NCBI GenBank assembly: GCA_963667015.2
Contig: CAXXJJ010000004.1
Coordinates: 768,001 to 832,000 of the forward strand
DNA length: 64,000 nt
Direction of reading: 5' to 3'
From: Desulfatiglandales bacterium
Lineage (GTDB): Bacteria > Desulfobacterota > DSM-4660 > Desulfatiglandales > HGW-15
Within the stretch, counting starts at the first letter, position 1, and the number at the start of each line of letters is the position of its first letter. Below, in pieces: positions 1-11,926 of this stretch. The position numbers and the translations under genes are program-made. The notes under the pieces are model-generated. The model did not search any database, was not told the origin of the DNA, and saw only the letters and a list, made by a program, of their open reading frames with translations.

Positions 1-1135
1 ATGGTTACTATATGGAAGCGCTGGATAAAAAGGGGCAGGCAAAATTTGTTGGTTACCGTGTTATGGCTTACCGGTTAGCCATGATGACGGGAACAGGTGT
101 TATTGTAACAATAGGGACGTATACCAACTGGCTTATAGGGTTTTTTGCAGCAGGAATTATTCTTCTCATACTTTTTCTCTACCATTTGTTTTTTCTCCCG
201 GATGCAGAAAAAGAAAAATACTCCATTTTTGATCTTTTTAAGGCAACTTTAAGGTTTAAAGCTCTTCTTACTTTGACTTCAGTCATTGCAGGAATATTCT
301 TTTTCAGATGGCATTTTCTCTTAACTGGTTCCAGGAAATTAAGGAGCAATTACCTGTCATCAACCGGATATCGGCAGCAGGATGGATAGGGATTGCACTA
401 CTGTTCGTACTGATTCTACTTACGCTGTTTAAAAACAAAATAAATGCGATTTTATTAAAAAATGAGAAGTCATTTTATTCCAGAGCCTTTATTACTTACA
501 TGGATAGAGAAAAGATCGGAATTATCCTGGCTTTTATTATTCTCCTGAGAACAGGTGAATTCATGCTTTCATCCATGTCAGCCGCATTCATGGTGGACCT
601 TGGCATTAAAGTGCACTATGGATGGATATCAGGAGCAATAGGTCTTCCCTGTTCGATCATAGGTGCAATGATTGGAGGCTGGGCCATCTCAAAATATTCC
701 TTAAAAAGAACTCTTTGGCCATTTCTGCTCGCCCAGAATCTTACCAATCTTATATATATGCTTCTTGCCCTTTATTTAAATAATTTTTTAATTTTGAACA
801 CTGGCGCCGACAACGTGGTTCCCCTGGGGAATTATAACCTGTTTCTCATTGCCTCTGTTAACGGTTTTGATCAGTTTTCCGGTGGTCTGGGCACATCTGT
901 CCTGATGACCTATTTAATGAGAACCTGTCTTTCCGAATTCAAGGCGGCCCACTATGCTATAGGGTCAGGACTTATGAATATTTGTGGGGTTTTAGCAGGT
1001 GTAATCAGTGGTTTTTTAGCCGGCTTGCTTGGGTACTGGATATTCTTTGGAATCAGTTTTCTGGCTTCTATTCCGGGAATGATAATGATCTTTTTTATAC
1101 CATTACTTGAAACAGAAGAAACCACCCAAAAATAA
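1..1135 (+). pseudogene. AmpG-like MFS permease, 5' end outside window, split by a -1 frameshift near 300-310
   Basis: ORFs 12..389 and 308..1135 are both polytopic membrane segments. GYYMEALD...GYRVMAYRLAM and FSGGLGTSVLMTYLMRTC..FKAAHYAIGSGL resemble AmpG motifs. The shift falls at a T5 run (real lesion or sequencing error). Confidence 0.7.
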
Positions 1136-1160
1136 TATATTTTTGGGTGGTTTCCGGTGA

Positions 1161-1856
1161 TTATAAACTAGCAAGAAAAGTATTCGGATCAAGACGGATA
1201 CTTGAATCATCATTGACTTCGTGATCATGATCCTTGATCAGTTTCAGGAAAATACCTGACTCACTCGGATCAAGCTGTATAATAACGCTGAGGAAATCAT
1301 CAACCCTGCTGCATGGATATGGAATCCCCTTTTCATTCTTATCGGTAATATGCCTGTGAGAAAGTGCCGAAAACCAAATTTCCACATCAAATTCTTCCGC
1401 AACCTTTTTAAATTCCTTCATGGTTTCAGCATCTACCTTTTCAAAATCAAGCCCATCAACAATAAGGATATCCGGAATAAATTCAATCTGTTCCTTAAGA
1501 TTATTCAAGTTTCTTTTTAGACGATCAATCTCAAAACTTTTATTCAGGTATGCAAGGATCATCCTGTTTCTTTCAAGGAGCATCATCCCATCTGTCTCGT
1601 CCTTGATATCTAGGGCCTTGACCAGATCAGAGAATATTACATTATAATAGGATGTTACCTTTTCAGGTGAATCCTCAAGCGAAATATGAACAAGCTTCTG
1701 TTTTCTGAAAAGCATATCAAATGCTATATGTATCAGGCATGCAGTTTTTCCAACTCCTGCCCTTGCCATAAGTACGCCAAGATTTCCCTTTCCAAGACCA
1801 TCGCCGGAAGACATTTCAAGCAGTTTTAAAGGACTGACCTTTATAAAATCATTCAT
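1161..1856 (-). CDS. RecA/KaiC/DnaB-superfamily P-loop ATPase
   Basis: Walker A ARAGVGKT, HISLED and LIVDG Walker B-like motifs; starts 2 nt after the fusA stop. Confidence 0.7.
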   Translation of the reverse strand: MNDFIKVSPLKLLEMSSGDGLGKGNLGVLMARAGVGKTACLIHIAFDMLFRKQKLVHISLEDSPEKVTSYYNVIFSDLVKALDIKDETDGMMLLERNRMILAYLNKSFEIDRLKRNLNNLKEQIEFIPDILIVDGLDFEKVDAETMKEFKKVAEEFDVEIWFSALSHRHITDKNEKGIPYPCSRVDDFLSVIIQLDPSESGIFLKLIKDHDHEVNDDSSIRLDPNTFLASL

Positions 1857-1858
1857 TG

Positions 1859-3943
1859 TTATTTACCTCCCTTTGCCTTTTCGGCATACTCTTTTTTGAG
1901 GTCTTCAGATATTGATGCCGGCACCTTTGAGTACCTGCTGAATTCCATTGTAAAATCTGCCTTACCCTGTGTCAGTGAACGCAGAACAGTTGCATACCCG
2001 AACATCTCGGCAAGCGGCACTTCCGAATCAACAACTGAAAAGCTTCCATCCTCAGTTGAGCTGACAATCATGCCTCTCCTCTGGTTGATTGATGCCATAA
2101 CATTGCCCTGATATTCCGATGGAGATTCGACTGATACTTTCATGATAGGCTCAAGTATTACGGGCTTTGCCTTTGAATAGGCTGACCTGAAAGCACCGAT
2201 TGCAGCCTGTGAAAAGGCCATTTCAGAGGAGTCAACAGCATGGAACTGACCATCATTGATAGTGATTTTCATGCCAATGACCGGGAAACCGATCAGGCTG
2301 CCCTTCCCGAGACATGCCCTGAAGCCTTTATCGACTGCAGGAATATATTCTGTCGGTATAACACCTCCCTTGATATCATTAACAAACTCGTAGTTATCGT
2401 CTTCGGAGGGTTCCATGAAGCCTGCAACACGGCCGTACTGACCTGAACCACCGGTCTGTTTTTTGTGGGTATAATCGAATTCCGCCCTTGTGGAGATGGC
2501 TTCCCTGTAAGCAACCTGGGGCATGCCGGTTTCGACCTCGGCATTATATTCTCTTTTCATTCTTTCAACATAAATATCAAGGTGAAGTTCACCCATACCT
2601 GAAATGATTGTCTGACTGGATTCTTCATCCACCCTGCTTCTAAAGGTAGGATCTTCCTTTATGAACCTGTTTATAGCCTTGGACATATTGATCCTTGCCT
2701 TATTGTCCTTTGGAACAATACTGAGATGAATAACCGGCTCGGGCACAAACATGGAAGTCATTGAATATCTGTATTTTCCATCTGTAAAGGTATCACCGGA
2801 ATAACAGTCAACACCGAAAAGCGTTACAATATCTCCTGCCTTTGCCTCTGTAATGTCTTCCATTTCATCGGCATGCATACGGGCGAGTCTTCCAACCTTG
2901 ATCTTTTTTCTGTCTCTGGTGTTAATAAGATCATCACCTTTTTTTAAAGTTCCCTGATAAACTCTCAGGTAGGTAAGCTGTCCGTAGGGAGTTACCTCGA
3001 GCTTGAATGCAAGAGCAACAAGCGGATCAGCATCATTTGACGACAGGACAACTTCCTTTTCATTATCCTCCAAGTCAAGGGCAATATTTTCTACCTCGGA
3101 AGGAGAAGGAAGATAACGATTAACACCGTCAAGCAGCGCCTGCACACCAACATTTTTATATGCTGAACCTATAAATACAGGCGTAAGCTCTCTTGCCAGA
3201 GTACCCTTTCTGATCGCATTTATAATAAGCTCTTCATCAACCTCGCCTTCGAGTGCTGCTTCCATCAATTCATCGGAAAACAAAGATGCGGCATCGAGCA
3301 ACTCTTCACGCTTTGCCTCTGCTTCATCTAAAAGGTCTGCGGGGATTTCATCTATTCTGATGTCATCGCCATAGTTTCCTTCAAAATAGATTGCTTTCAT
3401 GGACACAAGGTCTACCAGACCTTTAAGGTCTGCCTCGAGCCCGATTGGAAGCTCCATGAGCACTGCGTTCAGGCTGAGCTTTTCTCTCATCTGCCTGGCA
3501 ACTTTCAGCGGATCAGCACCTGACCTGTCGCACTTGTTGATAAAGGCAAGTCTTGGAACCTTGTACCTGTTCATCTGCCTGTCAACAGTGATTGTCTGAG
3601 ACTGCACACCGCCGACAGCACATAAAACAAGTATTGAGCCGTCAAGAACCCTCAGCGCCCTTTCAACTTCAATTGTGAAGTCAACGTGCCCGGGTGTATC
3701 AATGATGTTGATCATATGCTTTTTCCATTCGCAGTAAGTGGCAGCGGATGAAATGGTTATTCCACGTTCCTTTTCAAGTTCCATGGAATCCATTTTTGCG
3801 CCTACGCCATCCTTGCCTCTTACCTCATGGACTGCATGAATTCTCTTTGTATAATATAATATTCTCTCGGTGAGAGTTGTCTTACCGGAATCGATATGAG
3901 CACTGATCCCGATATTTCTTATTCTTTCTATTTCCTCTTTCAT
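1859..3943 (-). CDS. fusA: Elongation factor G (stand-alone copy outside the str operon)
   Basis: [51 protein letters not shown]; 694 aa. Confidence 0.97.
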   Translation of the reverse strand: MKEEIERIRNIGISAHIDSGKTTLTERILYYTKRIHAVHEVRGKDGVGAKMDSMELEKERGITISSAATYCEWKKHMINIIDTPGHVDFTIEVERALRVLDGSILVLCAVGGVQSQTITVDRQMNRYKVPRLAFINKCDRSGADPLKVARQMREKLSLNAVLMELPIGLEADLKGLVDLVSMKAIYFEGNYGDDIRIDEIPADLLDEAEAKREELLDAASLFSDELMEAALEGEVDEELIINAIRKGTLARELTPVFIGSAYKNVGVQALLDGVNRYLPSPSEVENIALDLEDNEKEVVLSSNDADPLVALAFKLEVTPYGQLTYLRVYQGTLKKGDDLINTRDRKKIKVGRLARMHADEMEDITEAKAGDIVTLFGVDCYSGDTFTDGKYRYSMTSMFVPEPVIHLSIVPKDNKARINMSKAINRFIKEDPTFRSRVDEESSQTIISGMGELHLDIYVERMKREYNAEVETGMPQVAYREAISTRAEFDYTHKKQTGGSGQYGRVAGFMEPSEDDNYEFVNDIKGGVIPTEYIPAVDKGFRACLGKGSLIGFPVIGMKITINDGQFHAVDSSEMAFSQAAIGAFRSAYSKAKPVILEPIMKVSVESPSEYQGNVMASINQRRGMIVSSTEDGSFSVVDSEVPLAEMFGYATVLRSLTQGKADFTMEFSRYSKVPASISEDLKKEYAEKAKGGK

Positions 3944-4086
3944 TTACAGCCTCTGTTCTAAAAATTGTTACATTTAAAAAAAACTATCGCTTATATGGAT
4001 TTATAAGCTATTTGTCAATCAAGATTATTAATAATATTGTTATTTTTCTGTTAATTATTATTCAGTATATAACTAACCCGGTAATA

Positions 4087-5265
4087 TTACTCCCTTTCAA
4101 ACAGGGCAGCTGCCCCCATGCCGAATCCTACGCACATGGAAACAATGCCATATCTGCTTTTTCGATCTGCCATTTCGTAAGCCAGTTGTGTTGTAAGTTT
4201 TGCACCTGTACATCCAAGAGGGTGCCCCAGGGCTATTGCCCCTCCATTGACATTGGTTATTTCAGGACTGATAACCAATTCTTTTATGCAATAGAGGGCC
4301 TGAGCCGCAAACGCCTCATTTAACTCGATAAGATTGATATCCTTCAGTTGAACTCCGGTCATTTTTACCAGTTTGGGAATGGCAACAGCCGGACCTACAC
4401 CCATATATTCAGGGGCACATCCTTCAACTACATACCCCCGGAAGGTCAAAACAGGAGTTAATCCAAGCTCAGCCGCTTTTTCTCTGGACATTATCAACAC
4501 AGCAGCAGCCCCGTCACTTGTCTGGGAGGAGTTACCCGCTGTTACGGTACCTTTTATCTTAAATACAGGTGACAGCTCTGACAGACTTTCCTTTGTCGTC
4601 CCGGGTCTGATTCCTTCATCTTTATCAAAAATTAATGTTTTATGCTCGAACCGGTGATCAGGAGTCTCCTCCTGAATAATGACATCCAATGGTACAATCT
4701 GCTCAGTGAACTTTCCGCCTTTTGAGGCGGTTTCGGCCCTTTGATAACTCTGAGCAGCAAACTCATCCTGTTCATCACGACCGATATTGTATTTTTCAGC
4801 CACATTTTCCGCTGTCAATCCCATACTGCTATAGGCTCCAGGCCTTTCTTCCACAAGGGCAGGATTAGGATATGGCAGGCTTCCCACCATTGGAATCCGG
4901 CTCATATGCTCCACTCCTCCGGCAATAATAACATCAGCATAACCGCACATTATCTTTTCGGCACCGATGGCTATTGCCTGTAATCCTGATGAACAAAACC
5001 GGTTTACTGTCATGCCGGGTATCCTGTCCGGCCACCCCATGGATATAACCAGCACACGGCCAAGATTCATACCCTGTATTGATTCGGGAAATGTACACCC
5101 TATAATAACATCATCTATCAGTTTAGGGTTCAGTCCCTCTGCCCTTTTTATAAGATCCCCGAGCACAGCACATCCCATTTCTTCGGGCCTTGTATTTTTG
5201 AGCATGCCTCTCGGGGCTTTACCAATTGCTGTTCTGCACGCAGCAACAATAACCGCTTCCTTCAT
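4087..5265 (-). CDS. fadA: Acetyl-CoA C-acyltransferase (thiolase)
   Basis: NRFCSSG catalytic Cys, NEAFA, GHPLG, SMCVGFGMG; start taken at MKEAVIV (5265). Confidence 0.93.
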   Translation of the reverse strand: MKEAVIVAACRTAIGKAPRGMLKNTRPEEMGCAVLGDLIKRAEGLNPKLIDDVIIGCTFPESIQGMNLGRVLVISMGWPDRIPGMTVNRFCSSGLQAIAIGAEKIMCGYADVIIAGGVEHMSRIPMVGSLPYPNPALVEERPGAYSSMGLTAENVAEKYNIGRDEQDEFAAQSYQRAETASKGGKFTEQIVPLDVIIQEETPDHRFEHKTLIFDKDEGIRPGTTKESLSELSPVFKIKGTVTAGNSSQTSDGAAAVLIMSREKAAELGLTPVLTFRGYVVEGCAPEYMGVGPAVAIPKLVKMTGVQLKDINLIELNEAFAAQALYCIKELVISPEITNVNGGAIALGHPLGCTGAKLTTQLAYEMADRKSRYGIVSMCVGFGMGAAALFERE

Positions 5266-5276
5266 ATTAGCTCCTG

Positions 5277-7694
5277 TTAATTTCTTAAGGCCTTTCCGGT
5301 CGTAAGCATATGATGCATACGCTCCTGAGTTTTTTGATTTCCGCACAAACTCAGGAATGACTCTCTTTCGAGATCAAGCAGATACTGTTCATTTACCTTT
5401 GTATCAGCAAAAAGATCACCGCCGCAAAGCACATATGCTGCCTTTTCGGCAACAGTGACATCATAATCCGTTGCGTACCCCTGTTCATGCATTGCCCATA
5501 CAGCAAGTTTCAGCATCGCCAGGGTATCTCTTCCGGGAACCCTGATATTATTCATCGGACCGGGGGCATTATAACCTTCCATATTCATTGCAATGACCAT
5601 CTTCTTTGCATCGCTCAGTAAAAAATCTCTGTTTACAGTCATTCGGTCTGTTTTTCTTAAATAGCCGAGTTTTACGGCCTCAGGACCTGAAGTGGATGTC
5701 TTTGCCAGGGATATTGTCTCAAAAGCCTTTGCTATAAAAGGAAGCATTTCAATCTGTTTTTGATAAATACCGCCTGCAGGGACCTCAAATAATTGCTCGG
5801 TATTTCTGATCAATAATTCCTTGGTTCCGCCCCCGGCCGGAATAAGGCCAACACCTGCTTCGACCAGTCCCATATAGGTCTCAGCGGCATAACGAACCCT
5901 GTCAGCAGCCAGACAGATTTCACAGCCACCTCCAAGTGCCATACCGGAAGGTGCTGCTACAACAGGTTTATCCAGGTATTTTAACCGCATCAGATTATCC
6001 TGCAGGATCCTTACCATCTGATCAATTTTATCCCAGTCGCGTTCCTCGGCTGCAGCCAAAACCAGATAAAGATTTACCCCTACTGAAAAATTGTCTGCAT
6101 GATTTGAGATGACCATACCTTCAAAGTTTCTTGAAACAATGTCTGCTGACTCATTTATCATACTGATAATGCCTTCTCCCATGGTGTTCATTTTTGAATG
6201 GAACTCGAGACATGCCACACCATCGCCAATATCCACCAGAGATGCTTCATTGTTCCCGGTAATCTTCTTCTGTCTATCCTTGAGTGAAGGCAGCCAGATG
6301 ATACCGGGATTAGGAATTTCTTCTATATAGGTCTCAGAGCCCGGATCATAATAAAATTCCCTGCCATTTTCACTGATGTAAAAAGATTTAAATCCCTTCT
6401 GCAGCATCCTGCTGACCCATTCAGGGATTTCATAGCCTGTCTCTTTCATCCTTGATACGGACTTCTCAAGGCCAATAGCATCCCACATCTTAAATGGGCC
6501 CATTTCACGGTTGAATCCCCATTTAAGTGCATTGTCTATGTTCAATATATCATCGGCTATCTCAGGTATACGGTTGGCAGCATAAATAAATTCATCACTT
6601 CTTGTCCTGAATGTGAATAATCCCGCACTATCCTTGGCATAATAGAGCTCCCTGATCCTTTCCTGCAGTTCATGATGTTTAAGTGCTGCATCAAGTGAAT
6701 CATATTTGACAGGTTTCCTTTCCCCGTATTCCATCTTGTTATAATCAAGAGAAAGGATTATACTTTCACCTCTTTTGTTTTTTTCCCTTTTATAGAATCC
6801 CTGCCCGCTTTTATCCCCCAGGAGATTATTTTCCATCATGGCTTTTACTATATCAGGAGTAGCAAAAATGTCCCGTTTCTCATCATCCGGGGCTTTTTTT
6901 AATACATTGCCGGCAACATGAACAAGCGTATCAAGACCTACAATATCATTTGTCCTGAATGTAGCGCTCTTCGGAAAGCCTATTACTGTACCGGTCAATT
7001 CATCAACCGTTTCAACAGAAAGACCAAGCTCGCTCATTACCCTTATATTATTGAGTGTGCTGAAAACAGCAATACGGTTTGCTATAAAGTTCGGGGTATC
7101 CTTTGCAAAGACAATACGTTTACCAATAACATGTTCAAAATTCTCAGTTATTATATCAATTACTTCAGGGAGCGTATCAGGCCCCTTAACTATCTCAATA
7201 AGTTTCATGTATCTCGGAGGATTAAAAAAATGGGTGACTGCAAAATGTTCCCGGAAATCCTGGGAAAATCCCTCACACATGTCTGCAATCGATATACCTG
7301 ATGTATTTGAGGTTACAATTGTGGCCGGTTTTATTTCCTTTTCTAATCTTTTAAAAAGTCCTCTCTTCAGGGAGAAATCTTCAACTATTGCCTCTATGAC
7401 AATATCCACATCTTTCAATAAATCTATATTATCCTCAAGATTCCCTACTGTTATCAGCTCGGCATTTTCAGTAAGATAAAAAGATGCAGGGCTTGATTTT
7501 CTAGCACGTTCAACCCCCTTAAGAGCAAAACCGTTTCTGAATTTTATATCATCCCTATTTATTCCGTTATTTGATACAGGAGGCACGATATCAAGCAGTA
7601 CAGTATCTATGCCAACATTGGCCAGCTGTGCGGCAATATTTGCTCCCATAACTCCGGCACCAATGACTCCTGCTTTTTTAAACTTTTTTCTCAT
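5277..7694 (-). CDS. 3-hydroxyacyl-CoA dehydrogenase / enoyl-CoA hydratase fusion (FadN type)
   Basis: GAGVMG Rossmann fold, SNTSG, HFFNPPRYM, C-terminal crotonase ALGGGCE and EAGVGLIPAGGG. Confidence 0.92.
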   Translation of the reverse strand: MRKKFKKAGVIGAGVMGANIAAQLANVGIDTVLLDIVPPVSNNGINRDDIKFRNGFALKGVERARKSSPASFYLTENAELITVGNLEDNIDLLKDVDIVIEAIVEDFSLKRGLFKRLEKEIKPATIVTSNTSGISIADMCEGFSQDFREHFAVTHFFNPPRYMKLIEIVKGPDTLPEVIDIITENFEHVIGKRIVFAKDTPNFIANRIAVFSTLNNIRVMSELGLSVETVDELTGTVIGFPKSATFRTNDIVGLDTLVHVAGNVLKKAPDDEKRDIFATPDIVKAMMENNLLGDKSGQGFYKREKNKRGESIILSLDYNKMEYGERKPVKYDSLDAALKHHELQERIRELYYAKDSAGLFTFRTRSDEFIYAANRIPEIADDILNIDNALKWGFNREMGPFKMWDAIGLEKSVSRMKETGYEIPEWVSRMLQKGFKSFYISENGREFYYDPGSETYIEEIPNPGIIWLPSLKDRQKKITGNNEASLVDIGDGVACLEFHSKMNTMGEGIISMINESADIVSRNFEGMVISNHADNFSVGVNLYLVLAAAEERDWDKIDQMVRILQDNLMRLKYLDKPVVAAPSGMALGGGCEICLAADRVRYAAETYMGLVEAGVGLIPAGGGTKELLIRNTEQLFEVPAGGIYQKQIEMLPFIAKAFETISLAKTSTSGPEAVKLGYLRKTDRMTVNRDFLLSDAKKMVIAMNMEGYNAPGPMNNIRVPGRDTLAMLKLAVWAMHEQGYATDYDVTVAEKAAYVLCGGDLFADTKVNEQYLLDLERESFLSLCGNQKTQERMHHMLTTGKALRN

Positions 7695-7964
7695 TAAAAT
7701 TTCTCCAGACTACCCGTTCAATTTAGTAAAAATATGAAACCGGGAATAATACTTAAAAATTGTTAAAACTATTACAGTATAATTCATTTAAACTTATAAA
7801 TCATTACTATTTATTTATAAAACAGTTAATTACTTTTCTTAATCAATAAACCATGTAAGCTTTTCAAACTCAAATTTCCCTATTTTTTCTTGACACTTAC
7901 CTCATTTTAATATATTTTAACAAAGTTTTTAACATCCCCTTTAAATATATAAAAAGTATCCGAT

Positions 7965-9023
7965 ATGTGGCTTTACAGAGAACGCTTAAATTATTATGAA
8001 AAACTCAGACGATCTTTATACGAAATAATGAGAGATTCGCTTGAATTGCGTTTGATGAAAGTTTCACTTATTGATTCATTTAATAACTACCTCAAAAATG
8101 ATGTAGAATACAGCTTTGTTGATAAAAGCGAATTAAGACCAAAATCCAAAAAGATGGAAAAGGAGTCCGAGCTGTTCAAAACCTTTATTGTTATCTTTTG
8201 TGAAGGTGCAATTGATCCGTCGCTCAAGAATTATATCCGCTTCTTTCCTGAAAATAAAGTTATAAAAAAGAATCTGGATGATCTGTCCAATTTCACTCTT
8301 CATAAAAAATTCTACAATAATATCAAATATTTTGACAACCAGCCATTTTTTGATTTTCTTGAAGAACTGACATCAATAGACTATGCCCTTCTTATTCAGC
8401 AGGACCCGACAATCAAAAAGAAAAACAGGTATGCCCTGACCCATTTTCATGTAAAGATTGACTGGCCGATTTCGGATGCAGCTGAAGACCTTGGCAAGTA
8501 TTTAAAATATATACAGAATAACCTGTATGAAAATGGAGATAAATACGCCAGAATAGTACAAAACAAACTTTTTGAATATTACGGGTGTCATTACAGTGTC
8601 GGAGGCCGCAGGACAGCAGCCCTGATTGCATCTCAATTATTAAAGAAACTCGCTGTCATAAGCACAATCTATATCTCAAGCTCCGAATCAAGAACAATGG
8701 TTAAATATTCGGAACGCGGTCTTTCAAAGTTTTTCCTGATTCAACTTCAAAATGATCAGATTAAAGCACTCGCTTCGAAAGAGAATATGAGCATTGATAA
8801 ATTCAAAAATTCATACCTTTTTCCTGGCAAAGGATATCATGTGGGCGTTTCTGAAGCAGTTTATGATTATACCCAATATTCCAAACCTCCTGAAGATGGC
8901 AAGATAAGAAAGCTGAGACCAGCCTATAACTGGCTAAGGGTAGTAGACGAATTTTTACACCCAAGGCCTGACTCAACCCATCTAAAGCCAATCAACTACA
9001 ATTGGGTTTATTCGTCTGAATAG
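7965..9023 (+). CDS. Hypothetical protein
   Basis: 352-aa open frame, no motif recognised. Confidence 0.7.
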   Translation: MWLYRERLNYYEKLRRSLYEIMRDSLELRLMKVSLIDSFNNYLKNDVEYSFVDKSELRPKSKKMEKESELFKTFIVIFCEGAIDPSLKNYIRFFPENKVIKKNLDDLSNFTLHKKFYNNIKYFDNQPFFDFLEELTSIDYALLIQQDPTIKKKNRYALTHFHVKIDWPISDAAEDLGKYLKYIQNNLYENGDKYARIVQNKLFEYYGCHYSVGGRRTAALIASQLLKKLAVISTIYISSSESRTMVKYSERGLSKFFLIQLQNDQIKALASKENMSIDKFKNSYLFPGKGYHVGVSEAVYDYTQYSKPPEDGKIRKLRPAYNWLRVVDEFLHPRPDSTHLKPINYNWVYSSE

Positions 9024-9166
9024 AACCTTTAACAGCTTTTTATTTAATATATTATTCAGCCTATTTTAAATATTAGCCATTACAGGCGTGTCCTCTTGAA
9101 TCTGTGCATAAAAAATGATAATAAATTATTGTAATAAATTCAAACTGCCGGATACTGGAGGAATTA

Positions 9167-9613
9167 ATGATCGACCTGGTAAAAAAAATTATCGGAAACG
9201 GACAAACTGAAAAACAAAAAAAAATCAGCGCAGGAGATACAAACCTGGCCACATGTGCCCTTCTTCTTGAACTTGCACATATAGATGGCAAATTCAGCAA
9301 AAAGGAAAGGAATGATATTACAGATATATTTAAAACAAGATATTCGCTTTCTGAAGAAGAGGTAAACGAATTAATTAAATCTTCCGAAGCAGAACTTGAA
9401 AACAGTATAGACTTATGGAAGTTTACCAATGTTATTAATCAGAACTACAGTCTTGATGAAAAGTTAAAGGTAATTGAGACAATCTGGGAAATTGCATATT
9501 CTGACGGTAAACTTGAACAGTATGAAGATTATCTTGCCCATAAGGTTGCCACCCTGTTACGTTTGAGTCATAAACAGCTTATTGACGCAAAACTCAAGGT
9601 GCTTCACCGTTAA
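9167..9613 (+). CDS. TerB-family (DjlA N-terminal-like) protein
   Basis: LATCALLLELAHIDGKFSKKE and IWEIAYSDGKLEQYE repeats; GGAGG RBS. Confidence 0.85.
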   Translation: MIDLVKKIIGNGQTEKQKKISAGDTNLATCALLLELAHIDGKFSKKERNDITDIFKTRYSLSEEEVNELIKSSEAELENSIDLWKFTNVINQNYSLDEKLKVIETIWEIAYSDGKLEQYEDYLAHKVATLLRLSHKQLIDAKLKVLHR

Positions 9614-9635
9614 CCAATATTTTTCCGGAGATATT

Positions 9636-10511
9636 ATGTCGTTAAGAAAATACATTTTTTTTGCACTGTTATTCTGCTTTATCATGCCACCATTCAATGC
9701 ATCAGGAAGCAGTTCTATTGATAAAAATATTTTTCCGGATATTTCGGGTTTTTCAAAATCAGGAGAGGTAATCACATATAAACCGGAAACGCTGTTTGAG
9801 TTCATGAATGGAGCAGCCGAACTGTACCTGCTATATGATTTTGCTGAAATGAATGTCCAGGTATATGAAGATAAAAAGGGTAACACAATAAACATAGAAA
9901 TATATGATCATCAAAATATTGATAACAGTTTTGGAATCTACAGCCAGGAAAGACCATATGAATGCGAGTTTCTCCCCATAGGCACTCAGGCCAACTATAC
10001 TGAAGGATACCTTAATTTTTACCAGGGAAAATACTATATAAAATTATCAGGGTACAATCTTGGCGCGAAAGACAAAGAAATCCTTACAGGAGCAGGCAAA
10101 ATAATATCAGCTCGGCTTAACGAGAAAACAGATCCGCCGCATGCATTAAAACTGTTCCCTGACTTAAAAAAAATAAAAAACAGGGAAGAGTACATAACAA
10201 AGGATTACTTGGGTTACGCCTATTTTAAAAATGTCTTTACTTCTGATTACGGTGATCCGGAATCAAGCTACAAACTTTTTATCATTGAAGCTCCGGATAG
10301 ATCCACTCTTGAAAAATCCATTAATGAATATAAAAAGGAAACTGGTTTTACCCGGGATATTCTAAAGGGCGGTATTCATGAAATTGAAGATCCATATCAG
10401 GGAAAACTGATCATTTCTGTATCCGGGAACTATATTGCCGGGATATTAAACCCTGACAACGTTAAAGTGAATATGGATATTCTCAAACAGATGATTTTAA
10501 ATTTAAAGTAA
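9636..10511 (+). CDS. Exported protein, DUF6599-like
   Basis: Signal peptide from MSLRKYIFF; LFEFMNGAAELYLLYDF and NSFGIYSQER motifs. Confidence 0.65.
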   Translation: MSLRKYIFFALLFCFIMPPFNASGSSSIDKNIFPDISGFSKSGEVITYKPETLFEFMNGAAELYLLYDFAEMNVQVYEDKKGNTINIEIYDHQNIDNSFGIYSQERPYECEFLPIGTQANYTEGYLNFYQGKYYIKLSGYNLGAKDKEILTGAGKIISARLNEKTDPPHALKLFPDLKKIKNREEYITKDYLGYAYFKNVFTSDYGDPESSYKLFIIEAPDRSTLEKSINEYKKETGFTRDILKGGIHEIEDPYQGKLIISVSGNYIAGILNPDNVKVNMDILKQMILNLK

Positions 10512-10569
10512 TTAGCTTTCTAAAAAATATATATTTGCCAATCGTTAACCACCTTATAAAGGAGATTGA

Positions 10570-11796
10570 GTGATGAAAGATATGCCGATAAATAAGAACC
10601 GCCGAAAATTCATAAAGACCAGTATTGCAGGCCTTGCAGGGGCTTCTATGTTCCCTGCAATCATGAAAGATAAAGTATATGCGGGTGAGCCTGCAAAAAC
10701 AAATTTCATATACCGTGCCCTTGGTAAAACAGGTATCAAACTGCCCATCGTCAGCATGGGAGTAATGAACACCTTAAACCCGAAGCTGGTGGAGGCAGCA
10801 TATGATGCAGGCATCGTTCATTTTGATACGGCTGCACTGTACGGTGGCATGGGAAAAAGCGAGACAATGCTCGGAAAATTCTTCAAGGATAAACCAAGGG
10901 ATTCATTTGTAATTTCAACAAAAATAAGCATGCCCGGAATCATGATGGGTAATTTAAATGACAATGCAAAACCACAGGATTTTATCGGGGAATTTGATAA
11001 AAGCATGAAACGTATCGGGTTGGATTATGTTGACATCCTTTACCTGCATGGTCCCGGCAGCAGGGATAAGGTCCTTTTTGAGCCCTATTTAGAGGCATTG
11101 AAACAGGTTAAAAAGGAAGGCAGGACACGCTTCATCGGGGTTTCAACTCACCAGAATCAACATGAGGTAATAAGGGCTGCCATTGAAAGCAAGGCGCATG
11201 ATGTGGTTTTAGTGGCATATAATTCAACATATCCTAATGTTGATGAAATCAAAAAGGCCATTGCAGATGGCGCAAATGCAGGGCTGGGAATAATCGGCAT
11301 GAAAACTGTTGCAGGTATTGTAGGCGGCGGTTTTGGAGGCCCTCCTAAAAACCCTACGGATGATGAAATTACTGCCGCAATAAAATGGACACTAGAAGAT
11401 GAAAATGTTCACACCATTATTCCGGGCTGGCAGACATTTGATCATATGAATTCAACTATTGCTGTCATGAACAACCTGAAGATGACAACAGCAGAAAGAG
11501 CTTTATTAAATAAAAGAAACAGTCAGGCAAATCTATTCTGTTATCAATGTGAAAAATGCCTGCCACAGTGTCCGGCAGGGCACCACATCCCCACACTGAT
11601 GCGCAGCTATATGTATGCATATGGATATAAAAACATGCAGATGGCCAGGATAACACTGGATTCAATGGATTTGAATAAAATCGCCTGCGATGACTGTGAA
11701 ACCTGTACAGTAAAATGTGCAAGAGGATTCAATGTAAAAGAAAAGATTTTAAACATTTCAAGGTTAAGGGATGTTCCAACCGATTTTCTGGTTTAA
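10570..11796 (+). CDS. Tat-exported aldo/keto reductase with C-terminal 4Fe-4S dicluster
   Basis: NRRKFIK twin-arginine signal; YRALGKTG, FDTAALY, YVDILYLH; CxxCxxCxxxCP and CxxCxxCxxxC. Confidence 0.9.
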   Translation: MMKDMPINKNRRKFIKTSIAGLAGASMFPAIMKDKVYAGEPAKTNFIYRALGKTGIKLPIVSMGVMNTLNPKLVEAAYDAGIVHFDTAALYGGMGKSETMLGKFFKDKPRDSFVISTKISMPGIMMGNLNDNAKPQDFIGEFDKSMKRIGLDYVDILYLHGPGSRDKVLFEPYLEALKQVKKEGRTRFIGVSTHQNQHEVIRAAIESKAHDVVLVAYNSTYPNVDEIKKAIADGANAGLGIIGMKTVAGIVGGGFGGPPKNPTDDEITAAIKWTLEDENVHTIIPGWQTFDHMNSTIAVMNNLKMTTAERALLNKRNSQANLFCYQCEKCLPQCPAGHHIPTLMRSYMYAYGYKNMQMARITLDSMDLNKIACDDCETCTVKCARGFNVKEKILNISRLRDVPTDFLV

Positions 11797-11846
11797 TTTT
11801 TCTCTCACAGAGTTCGCAGAGAAGACAGAGAAAAGCTTTTAAAGAT

Positions 11847-11880
11847 AAAAGCCATGCCCCATAAAGGAAGCATGGCTTTT
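11847..11880. terminator. Bidirectional intrinsic terminator between convergent genes
   Basis: AAAAGCCATGC-loop-GCATGGCTTTT. Confidence 0.7.
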
Positions 11881-11882
11881 TG

Positions 11883-11924
11883 TTTTTTATCCGTAAACCG
11901 CAAACCTTAGACCGTAAACCGTTT
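11883..11924. repeat. Heptamer tandem repeat (CCGTAAA-like)
   Basis: ccgtaaa ccgcaaa ccttaga ccgtaaa ccg; the first 24 nt are identical to 52007-52030. Confidence 0.8.
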
Positions 11925-11926
11925 AT

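Noticed and set aside
1161..3943. Stand-alone fusA with coupled ATPase as a novel system
   Set aside because: Second EF-G copies outside the str operon are well known in this kind of lineage; nothing else unusual here.
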